Positions 11,866 to 26,859 are shown, numbered from the stretch's first letter. The stretch: 64,000 bases of DNA from Macrostomum lignano (GCA_002269645.1 NIVC01003221.1:10726-74725), one strand, 5' to 3'. Translations and numbers: made by a program. The notes: a model not told the origin generated them from the letters alone.

Positions 11866-12860
11866 AAAGGGATTCCCATGTGTTTCTGAAAATGGGGGAT
11901 TCCTGTGTGTTTTCTAAAGGGGGATTCCCGTGTGTTTTTTTCTAAATGGGGGATGCCCGTGTGTTTTTCTAAATAGGGGATTCTTATGTGTTTTTCTAAA
12001 TGGGGGATTCCTGTGTGTTTTTCTAAATGGGGGATTCTCATGTGTTTTTCTAAATGGGGGATTCCTGTGTGTTTTTCTAAATGGGGGATTCTTATGTGTT
12101 TTTCTAAATGGGGGATTCCTGTGTGTTTTTCTAAATGGGGGATTCTCATGTGTTTTTTAAACGGGGGATTCCCGTGTGTTTATCTAAATGGAGGATTCCC
12201 GTGTGTTTATCTAAATGGGGGATTCCCGTGTGTTTTTCTAAATGGGGGATTCCTGTGTGTTTTTCTAAATAGGGGATTCTTATGTGTTTTTCTAAATGGG
12301 GGATTCCTGTGTGTTTTTCTAAATGGGGGATTCTCATGTGTTTTTTAAACGGGGGATTCCCGTGTGTTTATCTAAATGGAGGATTCCCGTGTGTTTATCT
12401 AAATGGGGGATTCCCATGTGTTTATCTAAATGGGGGATTTCAGTGTGCTTATCTAAATGGAGGATTCCCGTGTGTTTATCTAAATGGAGGATTTCAGTGT
12501 GTTTATCTAAATGGGCGATTCCCGTGTGTTTATCTAAATGGGCGATTCCCGTGTGTTTATCTAAATGGGGGATTCCCGTGTATTTATCTAAATGGAGGAT
12601 TCCCGTGTGTTTATCTAAGTGGAGGCTTCCCATGTGTTTATCTAAATGGGGGATTTCATTGTTTTTATCTAAATGGAGGATTTCAGTGTGTTTATCTAAA
12701 TGGGGAATTCCTATCTGTTTTTCTAAATGGGGGATTCCTGTGTTCTTATAAAAATAGGGGAATTCCTGTATGTTTATGAAAATAAGGGATTTTTGCATGT
12801 TTAAGAAAAGGGATAATTCCCATGCGTTTAAGAGAATAAGGGATTCCCCCATGTGCTTCT
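11866..12860. repeat. 27-bp minisatellite AAATGGGGGATTCCTGTGTGTTTTTCT, ~37 copies
   Basis: Visible periodicity. Confidence 0.95.
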
Positions 12861-13213
12861 CAAAATGAAAGGAATGGAAAGTGTGTCCAATGTTCTAAGT
12901 GAATTATCAAGTAATATATTCGGGTACTACAGTATACTCAATTAATTTTATGACACAAATCGACTCCTATAGTAAACATAGGCCGGAGACTTGAGCGATA
13001 AAATTTAGTACGGGGTGTATTTTATGATGCCAAAGAAACTATATCCCTTACTTATAAAGTGCGCTAACTTCTGTAACCGAGTACAGTTCAAGGTCATGTT
13101 GTAGAGTAAAGTACAGAACAAAATATACTCGTAGGTATTGATAAAAGTATTTAAAATTCAGGTTTAAATTTTTTAATATTTTCAGCTATTTGTACTTTTG
13201 GAAAATACTTTAC

Positions 13214-13260
13214 CCTCCACCCTCCACCCTCCACCCTCCACCCTCCACCCTCCATCCTCC
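13214..13260. repeat. (CCCTCCA)n heptamer run, G-quadruplex-capable on minus strand
   Basis: About six copies; minus strand reads (TGGAGGG)n. Confidence 0.8.
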
Positions 13261-13459
13261 AGTCTGTTCTATTCTATCTAAACTGTCGTTTAAAAAATAA
13301 CTTTTTTAGTTTCGAGCCTGGCAAAAGCCTGATTTTGCTTTTACTAGATGTAAAATGCTGCACAGAAGAATCTAACACAATAACAATTAGTGCTTTTTCT
13401 AAAAGTTAATTAATCTAAAATTGATTTTAAATAAACTAGAACGCCAACACTCGAATCAG

Positions 13460-16400
13460 GTTGCCGAAGAACTTTCCCACATGGTGAAGATGTCGAAAGC
13501 TGATTTGGAACGCGCGGTGAGCGAGTCCAAAACTAGCGAGCTCTCAGCCATGTTTTGCATGCTGATGGAGAAGAAGAAGCGCGATACTGGTGGGTCTGGG
13601 ATCACAACGAAGTCTGGGAGTTTGGGGTCATTGGAGAATCTGGGAGTTTGGGATCATTTCAGAGTCTGGGAGTTTTGGATCATTTCAGAAATTGGGAGTT
13701 TGGGATCATTTCAGAATCTGGGAGTTTGGGATCATTTCAGAATCTAAGAGTTTGGGATCATTGGAGAATCAGGGAGTTTGGGATCATTTGAGAAACTGAA
13801 AGTTTGGGATGATTGGAGAATGTGGAAGTTTGGGATCATTTCAGAATCTGGGAGTTTGGGATCATTTCAAAATCTAAGAGTTTGGGATCATTGGAGAATC
13901 TGGGAGTTTGGGATCATTTGAGAAACTGAAAGTTTGGGATCATTTCAGAAACTGGAAGTTTGGGATCATTTCAGAATCTGGGAGTTTGGGATCATTTCAG
14001 AATCTAAGAGTTTGGGATCATTGGAGAATCAGGGAGTTTGGGATCATTTGAGAAACTGAAAGTTTGGGATGATTGGAGAATGTGGAAGTTTGGGATCATT
14101 TCAGAATCTGGGAGTTTGGGATCATTTCAAAATCTAAGAGTTTGGGATCATTGGAGAATCAGGGAGTTTGGGATCATTTGAGAAACTGAAAGTTTGGGAT
14201 CATTTCAGAAACTGGAAGTTTGGGATCATTTCAGAATCTGGGAGTTTGGGATCATTTCAGAATCTAAGAGTTTGGGATCATTGGAGAATCAGGGAGTTTG
14301 GGATCATTTGAGAAACTGAAAGTTTGGGATGATTGGAGAATGTGGAAGTTTGGGATCATTTCAGAATCTGGGAGTTTGGGATCATTTCAAAATCTAAGAG
14401 TTTGGGATCATTGGAGAATCTGGGAGTTTGGGATCATTTGAGAAACTGGAAGTTTGGGATGATTGAAGAATGTGGGAGTTTGGGATCATTTCAGAATCTG
14501 GGAGTTTGGGATCATTGGAGAATCTGGGAGTTTGGGATCAGTTCAGAGTCTGAGAGTTTGGGATCATTGGAGAATCTGGGAGTTTGGGATCATTTCAGAG
14601 TTTGGAAGTTTGGGATCATTTCAGAGTCTGGGAGCTTGGGATCATTGAAGAATCTGGGAGTTTGGAATCAGTTCAGAGTCTGAGAGTTTGGGATCATTGG
14701 AGAATCTGGGAGTTTGGGATCATTTCAGAGTCTGGGAGTTTGGGATCATTTCAGAGTCTGGGAGCTTGGGATCATTGAAGAATCTGGGAGTTTGGAATCA
14801 CTTCTTGAGCTTTAAGATCTCAGACAAACATTTTGTCTCAAACTGCAGGTTTCTACTCACGAGACCACACGGTCAGGCGCCCAGCCGCCGACCCCGAGCA
14901 GGAGCGCGCCTTGCGCTCCCAAGCGCGCCAAAAATGGCGCCTACTAAGCAGTAGCGTTCGAGCCAGCGCGCGAACATTCAAAGAGCGCGTGAGAGACAAA
15001 GCAAAAGAGAGCACCGGTGACAGCCGAGCTGCTGGACTTCGAGAATGGCAGGTAAAAAAAACAGATTTAATTAAGCTCACAAAGGAGAATTCAGCTACTC
15101 AGACTCTCAAAGCGACAGGTGACCCGTAGCAAGGCACAGGCGATCACACAGGGTGTACAGCTAAGATTTGAAATGTTAGACCTATCAATTTTTTTACAAT
15201 TTTCAAACAATAAAAATTGAAATTTCTCGAAACCCGTGGCAACCGGCGACAGCTACGAATGGACTTTTCTGAGGTTCCGGATCGAGAGGAGGCAGCAGCA
15301 TCCGCTTCCGCATCTGCTGCTGCTGGAGCTGCTGGAGCCTCATCAGCGGCCGCAGCTTCTGACGCGCTCAATGATGAAGGCTGCAGCGGCTTGGCCCTCC
15401 AGCTGCCTCTGGGAGCAACCGCTGCCAGCGTGCACGGGTGCAGACCGCCGGATGAGGGTGAGGCTTCTTTCCGGGTTGGCAACAATGGCCGGGAGAGAGT
15501 CTTTAGAATCCCGGGAGAGAACATCTAGAAGACCTAGAAGAGAGCATCTAGAAGACCTAGAAGAGAGCATCTAGAAGACCTAGAAGAGAGCATCTAGAAG
15601 ACCTAGAAGAGAGCATCTAGAAGACCTAGAAGAGAGCATCTAGAAGACCTAGAAGAGAGCATCTAGAAGACCTAGAAGAGAGCATCTAGAAGACCTAGAA
15701 GAGAGCATCTAGAAGACCTAGAAGAGAGCATCTAGAAGACCTAGAAGAGAGCATCTAGAAGACCTAGAAGATAGCATCTAGAAGACCTAGAAGAGAGCAT
15801 CTAGAAGACCTAGAAGAGAGCATCTAGAAGACCTAGAAGAGAGCATCTAGAAGACCTAGAAGAGAACATCTAAATGACCTAGAAGAGAGCATCTAGATGA
15901 GTTAATAGAACCTCTGGGTGACCTGAGAGGGAGACTATTCAAATGACCCAGAAGAGAAGCTCAGGAAGGCTCGACAGGGACTTGCCAAGAAGCTAATTAA
16001 GGGCCAATGAAACTTCCCAAAAGTTTATTTAGAGTTGACTACTAAACCCACTAGCTGACACTTTGGTTCCATCTCTTCCACAGTGATACAGTGCACGTCT
16101 TTGAGACGACTTTTGTATAATATACGAGTGTATGTAGTCCAAGATAATAATAGTTGATTTTATCTCCGAAGACAGTCGGTGTACTTGGCCCGTCCATCTT
16201 CGCATTTCCCTGTCTCTTGCCTCTCTGACTATCCGCAAGTCCACAAGTCTTACTTTGAGTCAATTCGGAATTTCAGCCGCCTCAGACTCCATCCAGTTGG
16301 TTGCGTCTCCAGTTCGCAGACCGACCAGCCTGAGTGTGCAACCGTTTGCTCCCTCGATTTCATCAACTGCTGCAGCTCAGCATTCGAGCGTAAGATGGAG

Positions 16401-18831
16401 CACAGTTCATCTTTTAAACACAGATTTGTTATTTTATTTGGTGAAAGCTCCTTATTTGCCTACTGTATAGTATGACGAAAAGTACCAAAAGAGTACAGAG
16501 CCACAACAATGGGTCGTAGAAAGCCTCCAAAATTGGGACAGCCACCAAATTCTTTAAAGAACAAGAATAGGATCCCCAGCGCAAAACACAGTAGCAGAGG
16601 CTGAGTTGCACGAGTTCGTAGAGAGCCCCCTTATGTAGAGGAGTAAAGGTGCGGTAGAGAGCTCATCAAACATGCATGTAGGAGTAGAGACTTTGGAGGG
16701 GGCTATGGGCTAGAATGGAGCCACGGAGGACAGGTTAGAGATGACAGCATCATATTGTGGTCTACGGAGCAGCTACATGGAAGAGCCCTCGGTGATCAAG
16801 TGCGTTTGTAAGCCTAAACATTGTAGAAATATTTGTGTAGAGAGCCTTAAAACTATAAGTATATGGTAGGGAGCCTAAAAACTGTATAAACACAAGGTAG
16901 AGAGCCTAACAACAAAAAAATTATATAGTACAGAGCTTAAATACTGTAGAACTATAGGATGAAAGTCTAAACCCATAGAGTTATAGGGCCGGCACGCTCG
17001 TAGAGAGCCTTAAAAACTCAAAACCTAGCTGAATTAAAGCGCAACTTCTTCAAAAGCAGACCCAGTTAACCAATCGTCGCAAGTCCCGCTCGCCCGACTC
17101 CGGGAAGAGGCGGCAACAGCAGCAAAGCAAGAAGAGCCACGTCAATCCTGTGGGAGTCTACGTCCCCCCGAAGAAGAAGGAGTTATTCCCGCAGCGTAGG
17201 AATCCGTTCGCAATGACAGACGACTCGCCGACAACTGCTGGCGACAACAGCGGCTTCAGAGATCGTCGCGAACGTTCGTCTAGCCGGCGAAGTCAGCAGC
17301 GTCATCATTCCCACCATCATCATCAGCAGCATCGAAAGTCGACAGCGGCTCAGCAGCAAAAGCCAGCGGAAGCGCCGCAGACGTCCAGTAAAGTGGAGCC
17401 TCAGGACGATCGAGCAGCCGTCGGCCGTCGGCTGCTCAAGGAGGCCCTGCTGGAGGAGGCCGCCGACGCGTTGACCGCTCGACTTGGTCGGCCAGTCGAT
17501 TTCCGACGGGCGCCGCGCGCCGACGCCGAGGATTTCACGACGCCCGGCTCGCCGACGCCGACAGTTGCCGCGGCGACTTCGTTGATCACCGTCGAGGCGA
17601 TGGTCGTTGGGGACGCCACGGTCATTGGGAACGGGCCGACTCTGGCTGAGTATGGGCGCGATTCGGCTGCGGCCCGGATGTGAGGCTGAGGGAGCTGGAT
17701 GGGATGAATTTGGGATCGTATAAGATTAGGAATAAATGCAAATGGGATGAGATGGGATGGGGTCGGATTGTATAAGATGAAAATTTGAAGGGATGGGATG
17801 AAGATTGGATGAGAATGGGATGGGATGAGGATGGCATGAGGATGGGATGGGATGGGATGGGATGAGAATGGGATGACGATAGAATGGGATGACGATAGAA
17901 TGGGATGACGATAGAATGGGATGACGACAAATGGGATGGCGATGAGATAGGATGGGGATAGGATGGGATGGGGATGAGATAGGATGGGGATAGGATGGGA
18001 TGGCGATGAGATAGGATGGGGATAGGATAGGATGGATATGAGGATGGGGATAAGGATGGGATGAGGTTGAGGTGGGATGAGGTTGAGATGAGGATGGGAT
18101 GAGATAAGGATTAGGATGGGATGGGATAAGGGTAGGATGGGATGGGGATGGATGCGGATGGGGATGGGGATGAGATGGGGATGGGATGACGATGCGGATG
18201 CGGATGGGGATCGGGATGAGATGGAGATGGGATGGGATGGGATGGGATGAGGATGGAAGAGGATGAAGATAGAATGGGAAGAGGATGGGATGAGGATAGG
18301 GTGGGAGGGGATAGGATGAGGATGGGAGAGGATGGGATGGGGATGAGGATGAGGATGTGATGGGATGGGATAGGATACAGTGATGAGAATGGGAGGGGAT
18401 GAGGATGGGATGGAATGGGATGAGGATGAGGATGGGATGGAGATGGCACCTAAACGGCATGGAATGTTGATCGATTGTGTTGCATCATGATAGATAGCTA
18501 CACAGAGTCGGTCTTGTCAGCCTGTACAGTCCCTGTTCCCGCCGCCCCCTCAGGCCGCAGACGCTGCTCGCCAGTCACCCAAACGGCTCCCTGCTGGCAA
18601 ATTCAGCCGCCGCTGCCCAGCCCGAATCGGTCACGGCAAATAAGGTCCGAGAAAACAAATTATTCTAACAATATTCTTTAATTTCTACTGCTCACCGATA
18701 ATAGTAGTATTAATAGAGCAGGATTACTGAAAATCGTGGCAATCTTTTTTATGACCTATTTTTTTCAGAACGCAACGAATTCGTTTGCGAACTCTTCGGG
18801 AATTTCTAAGAAACCGCCTAATCCGGCTTGA
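13460..18831 (+). CDS. Kinase C-terminal exons 8-14 (UBA-like segment then low-complexity tail); full model ~766 aa
   Basis: Exons 13460-13589 (VAEELSHMVKMSKADLERAVSESKTSELSAMFCMLMEKKKR, resembling the post-kinase UBA-like helix of HUNK/MARK kinases), 14849-15051, 15253-15457, 16277-16389, 17084-17649, 18521-18644, 18769-18831. Phases chain correctly (total 2301 nt). The last exons are uncertain; the gene could end at TGA 17683. Confidence 0.55.
13595..14800. repeat. 26-bp minisatellite GGGAGTTTGGGATCATTTCAGAATCT with 260-bp higher-order unit, kinase intron 8
   Basis: Variant GATTGGAGAATGTGGAAG recurs at 13811, 14071 and 14331. Confidence 0.95.
15523..15898. repeat. 23-bp minisatellite CATCTAGAAGACCTAGAAGAGAG, ~16 near-identical copies
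   Basis: Visible periodicity. Confidence 0.95.
16600..17020. repeat. Highly degenerate repeat with GTAGAGAGCC core
   Basis: Repeated (G)TAGAGAGCCT(A/T)AA words at irregular ~40-60 bp spacing. Confidence 0.5.
17697..18445. repeat. (GGGAT)n-type G-rich simple repeat
   Basis: Visible; many GGG tracts, G4-capable. Confidence 0.9.
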
Positions 18832-19351
18832 GAATTGCCGAACAATGCCATGTCTGCAAAAATCAATAACTACTCGTCGACCTTTGAGCGGCATCAAAGC
18901 TTCAAGACTTTTGTGCAGCTTCTTCAGAGCTTATCTCTATGCTCAATTCTTGAATCTAATCGATGATTCCCCTACAGGTGGCTCATCATTTCTTGATTAA
19001 AAGATATCAGTAACTCACTCCAGCTTATTGTGCTTATCTCTTTAACTTGTTTAATGCATTGGGGGAGGCTGGCTGCTTCCTCATCATAATTCACTGCGCT
19101 AAAAGTACTTCGGCAATTGCGTGTAAGAGTTCAAGCATCATACAAAAATTAAATAATAGTTTTTGTCTTGCTGAGAAATTGTGCTGGTCGCAAGCTGAGT
19201 CCAGCTCAATTCATTTCGTGTTTTTTTACAGACAGAGAAAATAACAATTCTATATGAGCCATTGTTTCACGGAACTGAAATTCAGTACTTGCTTTTGGCT
19301 TTGTATTTTTGTGAAAATATAAAAAAATTTTGCTTCTGAAGGGAAGAGAAG

Positions 19352-19985
19352 GACTGAAGGATCTGAGGGGAGGGGCAGCAGCCACTGAAGGATCTGAGGG
19401 GAGGGAAAGCAGTCCCTGAAGGATCTGAGGGGAGGGGCAGCGGGCACTGAAGGATCTGAGGGGAGGGACAGCAGTCCCTGAAGGATCTGAGGGGAGGGGC
19501 AGCGGGCACTGAAGGATCTGAGGGGAGGGACAGCAGTCCCTGAAGGATCTGAGGGGAGGGGCAGCAGCCACTGAAGGATCTGAGGGGAGGGGCAGCAGCC
19601 ACTGAAGGATCTGAGGGGAGGGGCAGCAGCCACTGAAGGATCTGAGGGGAGGGAAAGCAGTCCCTGAAGGATCTGAGGGGAGGGGCAGCGGGCACTGAAG
19701 GATCTGAGGGGAGGGACAGCAGTCCCTGAAGGATCTGAGGGGAGGGGCAGCGGGCACTGAAGGATCTGAGGGGAGGGACAGCAGGCACTGAAGGATCTGA
19801 GGGGAGGGGCAGCAGCCACTGAAGTATCTGAGGGGAGGGGCAGCAGGCACTGAAGGGTCTGAGGGGAGGGGCAGCAGGCACTGAAGGATCTGAGGGGAGG
19901 GGCAGCAGGCACTGAAGTATCTGAGGGGAGGGGCAGCAGGCACTGAAGGGTCTGAGGGGAGGGGCAGCAGGCACTGAAGGATCTG
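19352..19985. repeat. 31-bp minisatellite GCAGCAGCCACTGAAGGATCTGAGGGGAGGG, ~20 copies
   Basis: Visible periodicity; all three minus-strand frames give the same repeat peptide because 31 is not a multiple of 3. Confidence 0.95.
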
Positions 19986-20784
19986 AAAGGAGGTTAATTT
20001 CTCAGCCTCTGCCCTAGTAGCCTAACAGTGAGCTAGCATAGAAACGATTCACAATAGCGGGGCTGTCTGCATGCAGTCTGACTCAGATCAGACAACCCAT
20101 GACTATAATACCGCTATCTATAACACCCTCGGATTTAAGGGTTTCAAACAGTTGAACTTATAGTCTTCTAATCAAGAAGAGGCGCTTCATACAAAGGAAA
20201 AAAACCCTGTCACGTAGGTAAAGGCTTTAATCCGTGCTCACACCATTGCATCATCACATAATGGTCAAGTCATATTGAAATCGACTGAGTCAGTTAGTGA
20301 GGGATTACGCGTCAGGATATAGAAGGGATTAAAGAAGACTATATATTTTGAGGTAGGTAAAAAAATTTTAGGCCCTTGTCTAATTTTTAGTTAAACTTCT
20401 GTGTTGCATTCATAATTCTAATCGGAACTGAGACTAAAAATATGTTTGGCAACTTCTAACTCGTATCGTATCTTAGCGCCATGCGGCATGTTAACTATTG
20501 GTTGTATCTGCTTCCTTCTAGTTTTCGTGAGAATATATTGCGCTGCCTCAGGTTATCTTATCTGAAACTCTTGTGTGCGTACCATAGGGGACCTCTGGAA
20601 TCCTGGCATGGGCTGGATGCATAACCTTTTGTGATTTCTAACTTTATTAATCTCACATACGCAGACAGAACAGACAGTGAGAAGATAGGTGAGCAATGTT
20701 GCAGGAAATGCAATAATTGTAAAGCAGTTTGCTTGAATTCTAACAAACAGTGGAGTTAACTGAACTGTTAAACATGGAAGTAGT

Positions 20785-21300
20785 GGAGACAGAGATGGGG
20801 AGAGATGGAGAGGGGAGTGGAGAGACAGGGGAGATAGACAGGAGTGGCAAGAGTGCAAAAGTGGGACGGAGGGAAAAAGGGAAACAGGGGAAAGAGGGGA
20901 AGAGGTTGAGAGGGAAAGAGGAGAAGAGGGGATGGGGAACTAGTGGAAAGAGTGGTTAGAGGGGAAAGAGGGGAAGAGGGAAAGAGGGAAAGGGAAAGAG
21001 GGAAAGAGGGAAAGAGGGGAAGAGGTGAAGAGGGTAAAGATGGGGAGAGAAAAGAGAGGAAAGATTGGAAGAGGTGGAGAGGGAAAGAGGGGAAAGAGGG
21101 GAAGAGGGTAAATAGGAAAAGGGGAAGAGGGGAAAGAGGGGAAAGAGGGAAAACAGGGGATTGGGAAAGAGGGGATGAAGGTAAAGAGGAGATGGAGGGG
21201 AAAGAGGGGTTAGAGAGGAAAAGGAAAAGAGGGGAAAGAGGGGAAAGAGGGGAGAGATCTTGATGGAGCAGGCAGGAAGATAAGAGAAAAAGGAAAATAG
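20785..21300. repeat. Polypurine (GGGGAAAGA)-type low-complexity tract
   Basis: Near-pure A/G on + strand. Confidence 0.9.
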
Positions 21301-21992
21301 AGAGCTAGAAAAGAGATTGCGTCGGAATGGAAGCTATCGCATTTCAATTGACAACAGGCTTTCCAATCCGAAAGCGTGTTACGATAAGAGTCCCTGGCCA
21401 GGCCTTATGAAAAAAATGGCTGGATTTCGAGGCACGGAAGCAAACAAGAGAAAAATGGCATAATCTATAAGCATAAGATAAACAAATAGAAGATCAAATG
21501 CTGAATAATTGCATGCCGGCCCCAAACGGTCAAACCGTGAAATATTAAAGCTTTCTACGATATAGTATAAGCTAAAATTTGAGCACAATATATGGGGCTA
21601 TAATGCAGAGTTACCGGGGCATTGTAGACTCAATTTAATCACTCAAGTCTCTATAGGGTGGGTCCGAGCCCAAGCGGAGGGGGTGAAGCATATAATAACC
21701 CTTATGATATAGCTAGAAATGTCACTGTGGTTTATCGGTGCCATTATCATATCGGACTATACTCAAGTCACTGCGCGGTGTCAAGTGTTTGAGCACTCCA
21801 GATATTGAGCTCAGTAACCAGAATTGAACTTATCAGTTCAAGATATGCAATTGGTTTCGAGTATTTTGACTGCGTGCGCTCAAAAAGTTTATTAAGTTTT
21901 TTTAATCTGAGATTTTTTAAAGTCAATTACTGCAAAACTCGTATATTCAGGAATTGCATGGAGGATATACTCGTAATAGGATTCAGATACTA

Positions 21993-22935
<943 letters not shown>

Positions 22936-23527
22936 CTATCGATCCAATTGTTTGTTTAAAAAAAGTTTATCAACCACGACAAAAATGCGTTTTCATAAAT
23001 TAATCTTTGTTTACGAGTATGGATGTACGTTCCTATGAAACTTAACCGCAATATGCAAACAGCTATGGAAGAAGTGTGCCTTGTATATTATTTCTATACT
23101 GAGCCCCCCCCTGCGGCGTGGTGATTGCCATCTCGGGGTAAACTCCATATACGTATTAGCAATGACGCAACGATTCACCATTGATAGTAAATGAAAATGT
23201 GATAAACTGTATATGGGACTAAACAGCTATACATAATCGGAGGTGAGAAACTTATCGGGTTCAAATCCTAGAACCTAACCGAAGCAAGATGGAAAGATGG
23301 AATATTCATACATATAGCTTATTATGTAACTGTCCCTACAGTTATGTCCAGTTGCCTCTCGGGCAAATTTAGCAGGTTTTGTTGTATTTGTGCTTGCCCA
23401 ACTGCAATTGCAATGCCAGGGGGGGGGCAGGAGTGTTCGAAATTGCTTCTGACCCCATGCTGTCATTTATTTGGGATATTATTTGCGCATCTTTTTCTCT
23501 AGATTGGCGCCTGTGTGGAGATGGAAT

Positions 23528-24440
23528 AGCGCCGCGGGAATCAATTGAGGCGCCGCGGGAATCAATTGAGGCGCCGTGGGAATCAATTGAGGCGCCGCGG
23601 GAATCAATTGAGGCGCCGCGGGAATCAATTGAGGCGCCGTGGGAATCAATTGAGGCGCCGCGGGAATCAATTGAGGCGCCGCGGGAATCATTTGAGGTGC
23701 CGTGGGAATCATTTGAGGCGCCGCGGGAATCAATTGAGGCGCCGTGCGAATCAATTGAGGCGCCGTGGGAATCAATTGAGGCGCCGTGCGAATCAATTGA
23801 GGCGCCGTGGGAATCAATTGAGGCACCGTGGGAATCAATTGAGGCGCCGCCGGAATCATTTGAGGCGCCGTGGGGATCATTTGAGGCGCCGCCGGAATCA
23901 TTTGAGGCGCCGTGGGGATCATTTGAGGCGCCGCCGGAATCATTTGAGGCGCCGTGGGGATCATTTGAGGCGCCGCCGGAATCATTTGAGGCGCCGTGGG
24001 AATCAATTGAGGCGCCGTGGGAATCAATTGAGGCGCCGCCGGAATCATTTGAGGCGCCGTGGGGATCAATTGAGGCGCCGTGGGAATCAATTGAGGCGCC
24101 GCCGGAATCATTTGAGGCGCCGTGGGGATCATTTGAGGCGCCGTGGGAATCAATTGAGGCGCCGCCGGAATCATTTGAGGCGCCGTGGGGATCATTTGAG
24201 GCGCCGCCGGAATCATTTGAGGCGCCGTGGGAATCAATTTAGGCGCCGTGGGAATCAATTTAGGCGCCGTGGGAATCAATTTAGGCGCTATGGAGATCAT
24301 TTGAGGCGCCGTGAGGATCAACTAAGGCGCTATGGAGATCATTTGAGGCGCCGTGGGGATCAACTAAGGCGCTGTGAGGATCATTTGAGGCGCCGTGGGA
24401 ATCCATTGAGGCGCCGTGGGGATCAACTCAGGCACCGTGG
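23528..24440. repeat. 21-bp minisatellite GAGGCGCCGTGGGAATCAATT, ~43 copies
   Basis: Visible periodicity; most units carry GGCGCC, and many carry CAATTG across the unit junction. Confidence 0.95.
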
Positions 24441-24774
24441 AGAAGGGTTTCTAATCAAACTACCATGGAAACAGGCTGAAGGTGAATAGAGCCCCAGGAG
24501 GTCAACCACTAGGCAGTTGCAAATCCTATAATCTACAGTGTTGCTATGTGGAAATCCGGTATGGCAAGTTAATCCAATTTTAGTAATAGAAAGCCATCAT
24601 TATTAACGGAGGCGTTTTCTCACCACCAATTGTCTGTTGCTATGTGGATAATAAAAACATTAAAGCTTGGCACATTCCAGGGGATTTCACGTGAGAAATG
24701 GGTGACTGCTTTACAGTTTGACTTCCATTCCTCAAATTTTCACTCACTTTCCCAAACACTGTTCCGAACTCCTT

Positions 24775-26250
24775 CTCCCATCTCTTTCCCATCTCTCTCC
24801 CATCTCTCTCCCATCTCTCAACCATCTCTCTCCCATCTCTCCCATCTCTATCCCATTTCTCTCTCATCTCTCTCCCATCTCTCTCCCATCTCTCTCCCAT
24901 CTCTCCTATCTTTCCCATCTCTCTCCCATCTCTCTCCTATCTCTCTCCCATCTCTCCTATCTTTCCCATCTCTCTCCCATCTCTCTCCCATCTCTCTCCC
25001 ATCTCTCCTTCCATTTGACTTCAATCTCTCTCCCATCTCTCTCCCATCTCACTCCCATCTCTCTCCCATCTCACTCCCATCTCTCTGCCATCTCTCTGAC
25101 ATCTCTCCCATCATCCCATCTCTCTCCCATCTCTCTCCCATCTCTCTCCTATCTCTCTCCCATCTCTCCTATCTTTCCCATCTCTCTCCCATCTCTCTCC
25201 CATCTCTCTCCCATCTCTCCTTCCATTTGACTTCAATCTCTCTCCCATCTCTCTCCCATCTCACTCCCATCTCTCTCCCATCTCTCTCCCATCTCTCTGC
25301 CATCTCTCTGACATCTCTCCCATCATCCCATCTCTCTCCCATCTCTCCTTCCATTTGACTTCAATCTCTCTCCCATCTCTCTCCCATCTCACTCCCATCT
25401 CTCTCCCATCTCTCTCCTATCTCACTCCCATCTCTCTCCCATCTCTCTGACATCTCTCCCATCATCCCATCTCTCTCCCATCTCTCCTTCCATTTGACTT
25501 CAATCTCTCTCCCATCTCTCTCATATCTCACTTCCATCTCTCTGACATCTCTCCCATCATCCCATCTCTCTCCCATCTCTCCTTCCATTTGACTTCAATC
25601 TCTCTCCCATCTCTCTCCCATCTCACTCCCATCTCTCTCCCATCTCTCTGACATCTCTCCCATCATCCCATCTCTCTCCTATTTCTCTCATCTCTCTCCC
25701 ATCTCTCAACCATCTCTCTCCCATCTCTCCCATCTCTATCCCATTTCTCTCTCATCTCTCTCCAATCTCTCTCCCATCTCTCTCCCATCTCTCCTATCTT
25801 TCCCATCTCTCTCCTATCTCTCAACCATCTCTCTCCCATCTCTCCCATCTCTATTTCATTTCTCTCTCATCTCTCTCCCATCTCTCTCCCATCTCTCTCC
25901 CATCTCTCTCCCATCTCTCTTCCATCTCTCTCCCATCTCTCTCCCATCTCTTTTCCATCTCTCTCCCATCTCTCTCCCATCTCTCTCCCATCTCTTTTCC
26001 CTCTCCAATCTCTTTTCCATCTCTCTCCTATCTCTCTCCTATCTCTCTCCCATCTCTCTCCTATCTCTCTCCCATCTCTTTTCCCTCTCCAATCTCTTTC
26101 CCATCTCTCTTCCATCTCTCTCCCATCTCTCCCCCATCTCTCTTCCATCTCTCTCCCATCTCTCTCCCATCTCTCTCCCATCTCTCTCCCATCTCTCTCC
26201 CATCCCTCTCCAATCTCTCTTTCATCTCTCTCCCATTTCTGCCATCTCAT
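24775..26250. repeat. Polypyrimidine (CCCATCTCTCT)n tract with internal duplications
   Basis: 11-bp subunit; recurrent TTCCATTTGACTTCAATC marker. Confidence 0.9.
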
Positions 26251-26859
26251 CTACATGTTTAGATGTATTCTTTCAACGCATTTTCAACTTCAACTTTGCA
26301 ACTTAAAGCCTATATCTTATGCATGCAAGCTACCCTCAGAGATAAATAGCAATGAAAGAAGATTTCTTCAAGTCACATTTTGCTGTAAACACACACACTG
26401 CCAGTGAGGCATTTATCAGCAGCTGTGCAGAATATTTTTTACAGTCGCATCATAATGCACATATTTATAAGCGAAAGTACCATTCTTAAGATGAGAATGG
26501 CAATTTAAAATTTATAACCCGTTTCGGTATGCATTTTTTATTATATTGTTGAGCCATAAATTCGAGATGACTTGTAAACTATATTTCTTAATATTTAATT
26601 GTGTGACTCAACTCTTTAGAATATGGAATAAAACTCAAGGTCTACTCATTATGCTGAGTTATGAATCATTTTTAAATAATAAAACTAACTCAAACTCGAA
26701 TATTGTAAGATTAATCCTCTCCTGGGTGGCAACTAAGTTTTCTTAATCTAGAGCTAAGTTGGATGGTCCGTCATTCGTACCTATAATATGCTGTCTTGTT
26801 TTGCTGCTCTTTCAGTCAGGTCCCATATGTAAGCCCTTGCTATTTTCCCTCAGCTCTAT

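Noticed and set aside
18829-18966. Stop-codon readthrough of the kinase (44 further in-frame codons after TGA)
   Set aside because: The context UGA-GAA is not a known leaky context, an open stretch of this length can occur by chance, and the terminal exon itself is uncertain.
23457-24242. 261-aa ORF with hydrophobic start and (ESIEAPW)n heptads
   Set aside because: A 21-bp stop-free unit keeps frames open on both strands; there is no synonymous-biased variation or splice evidence.
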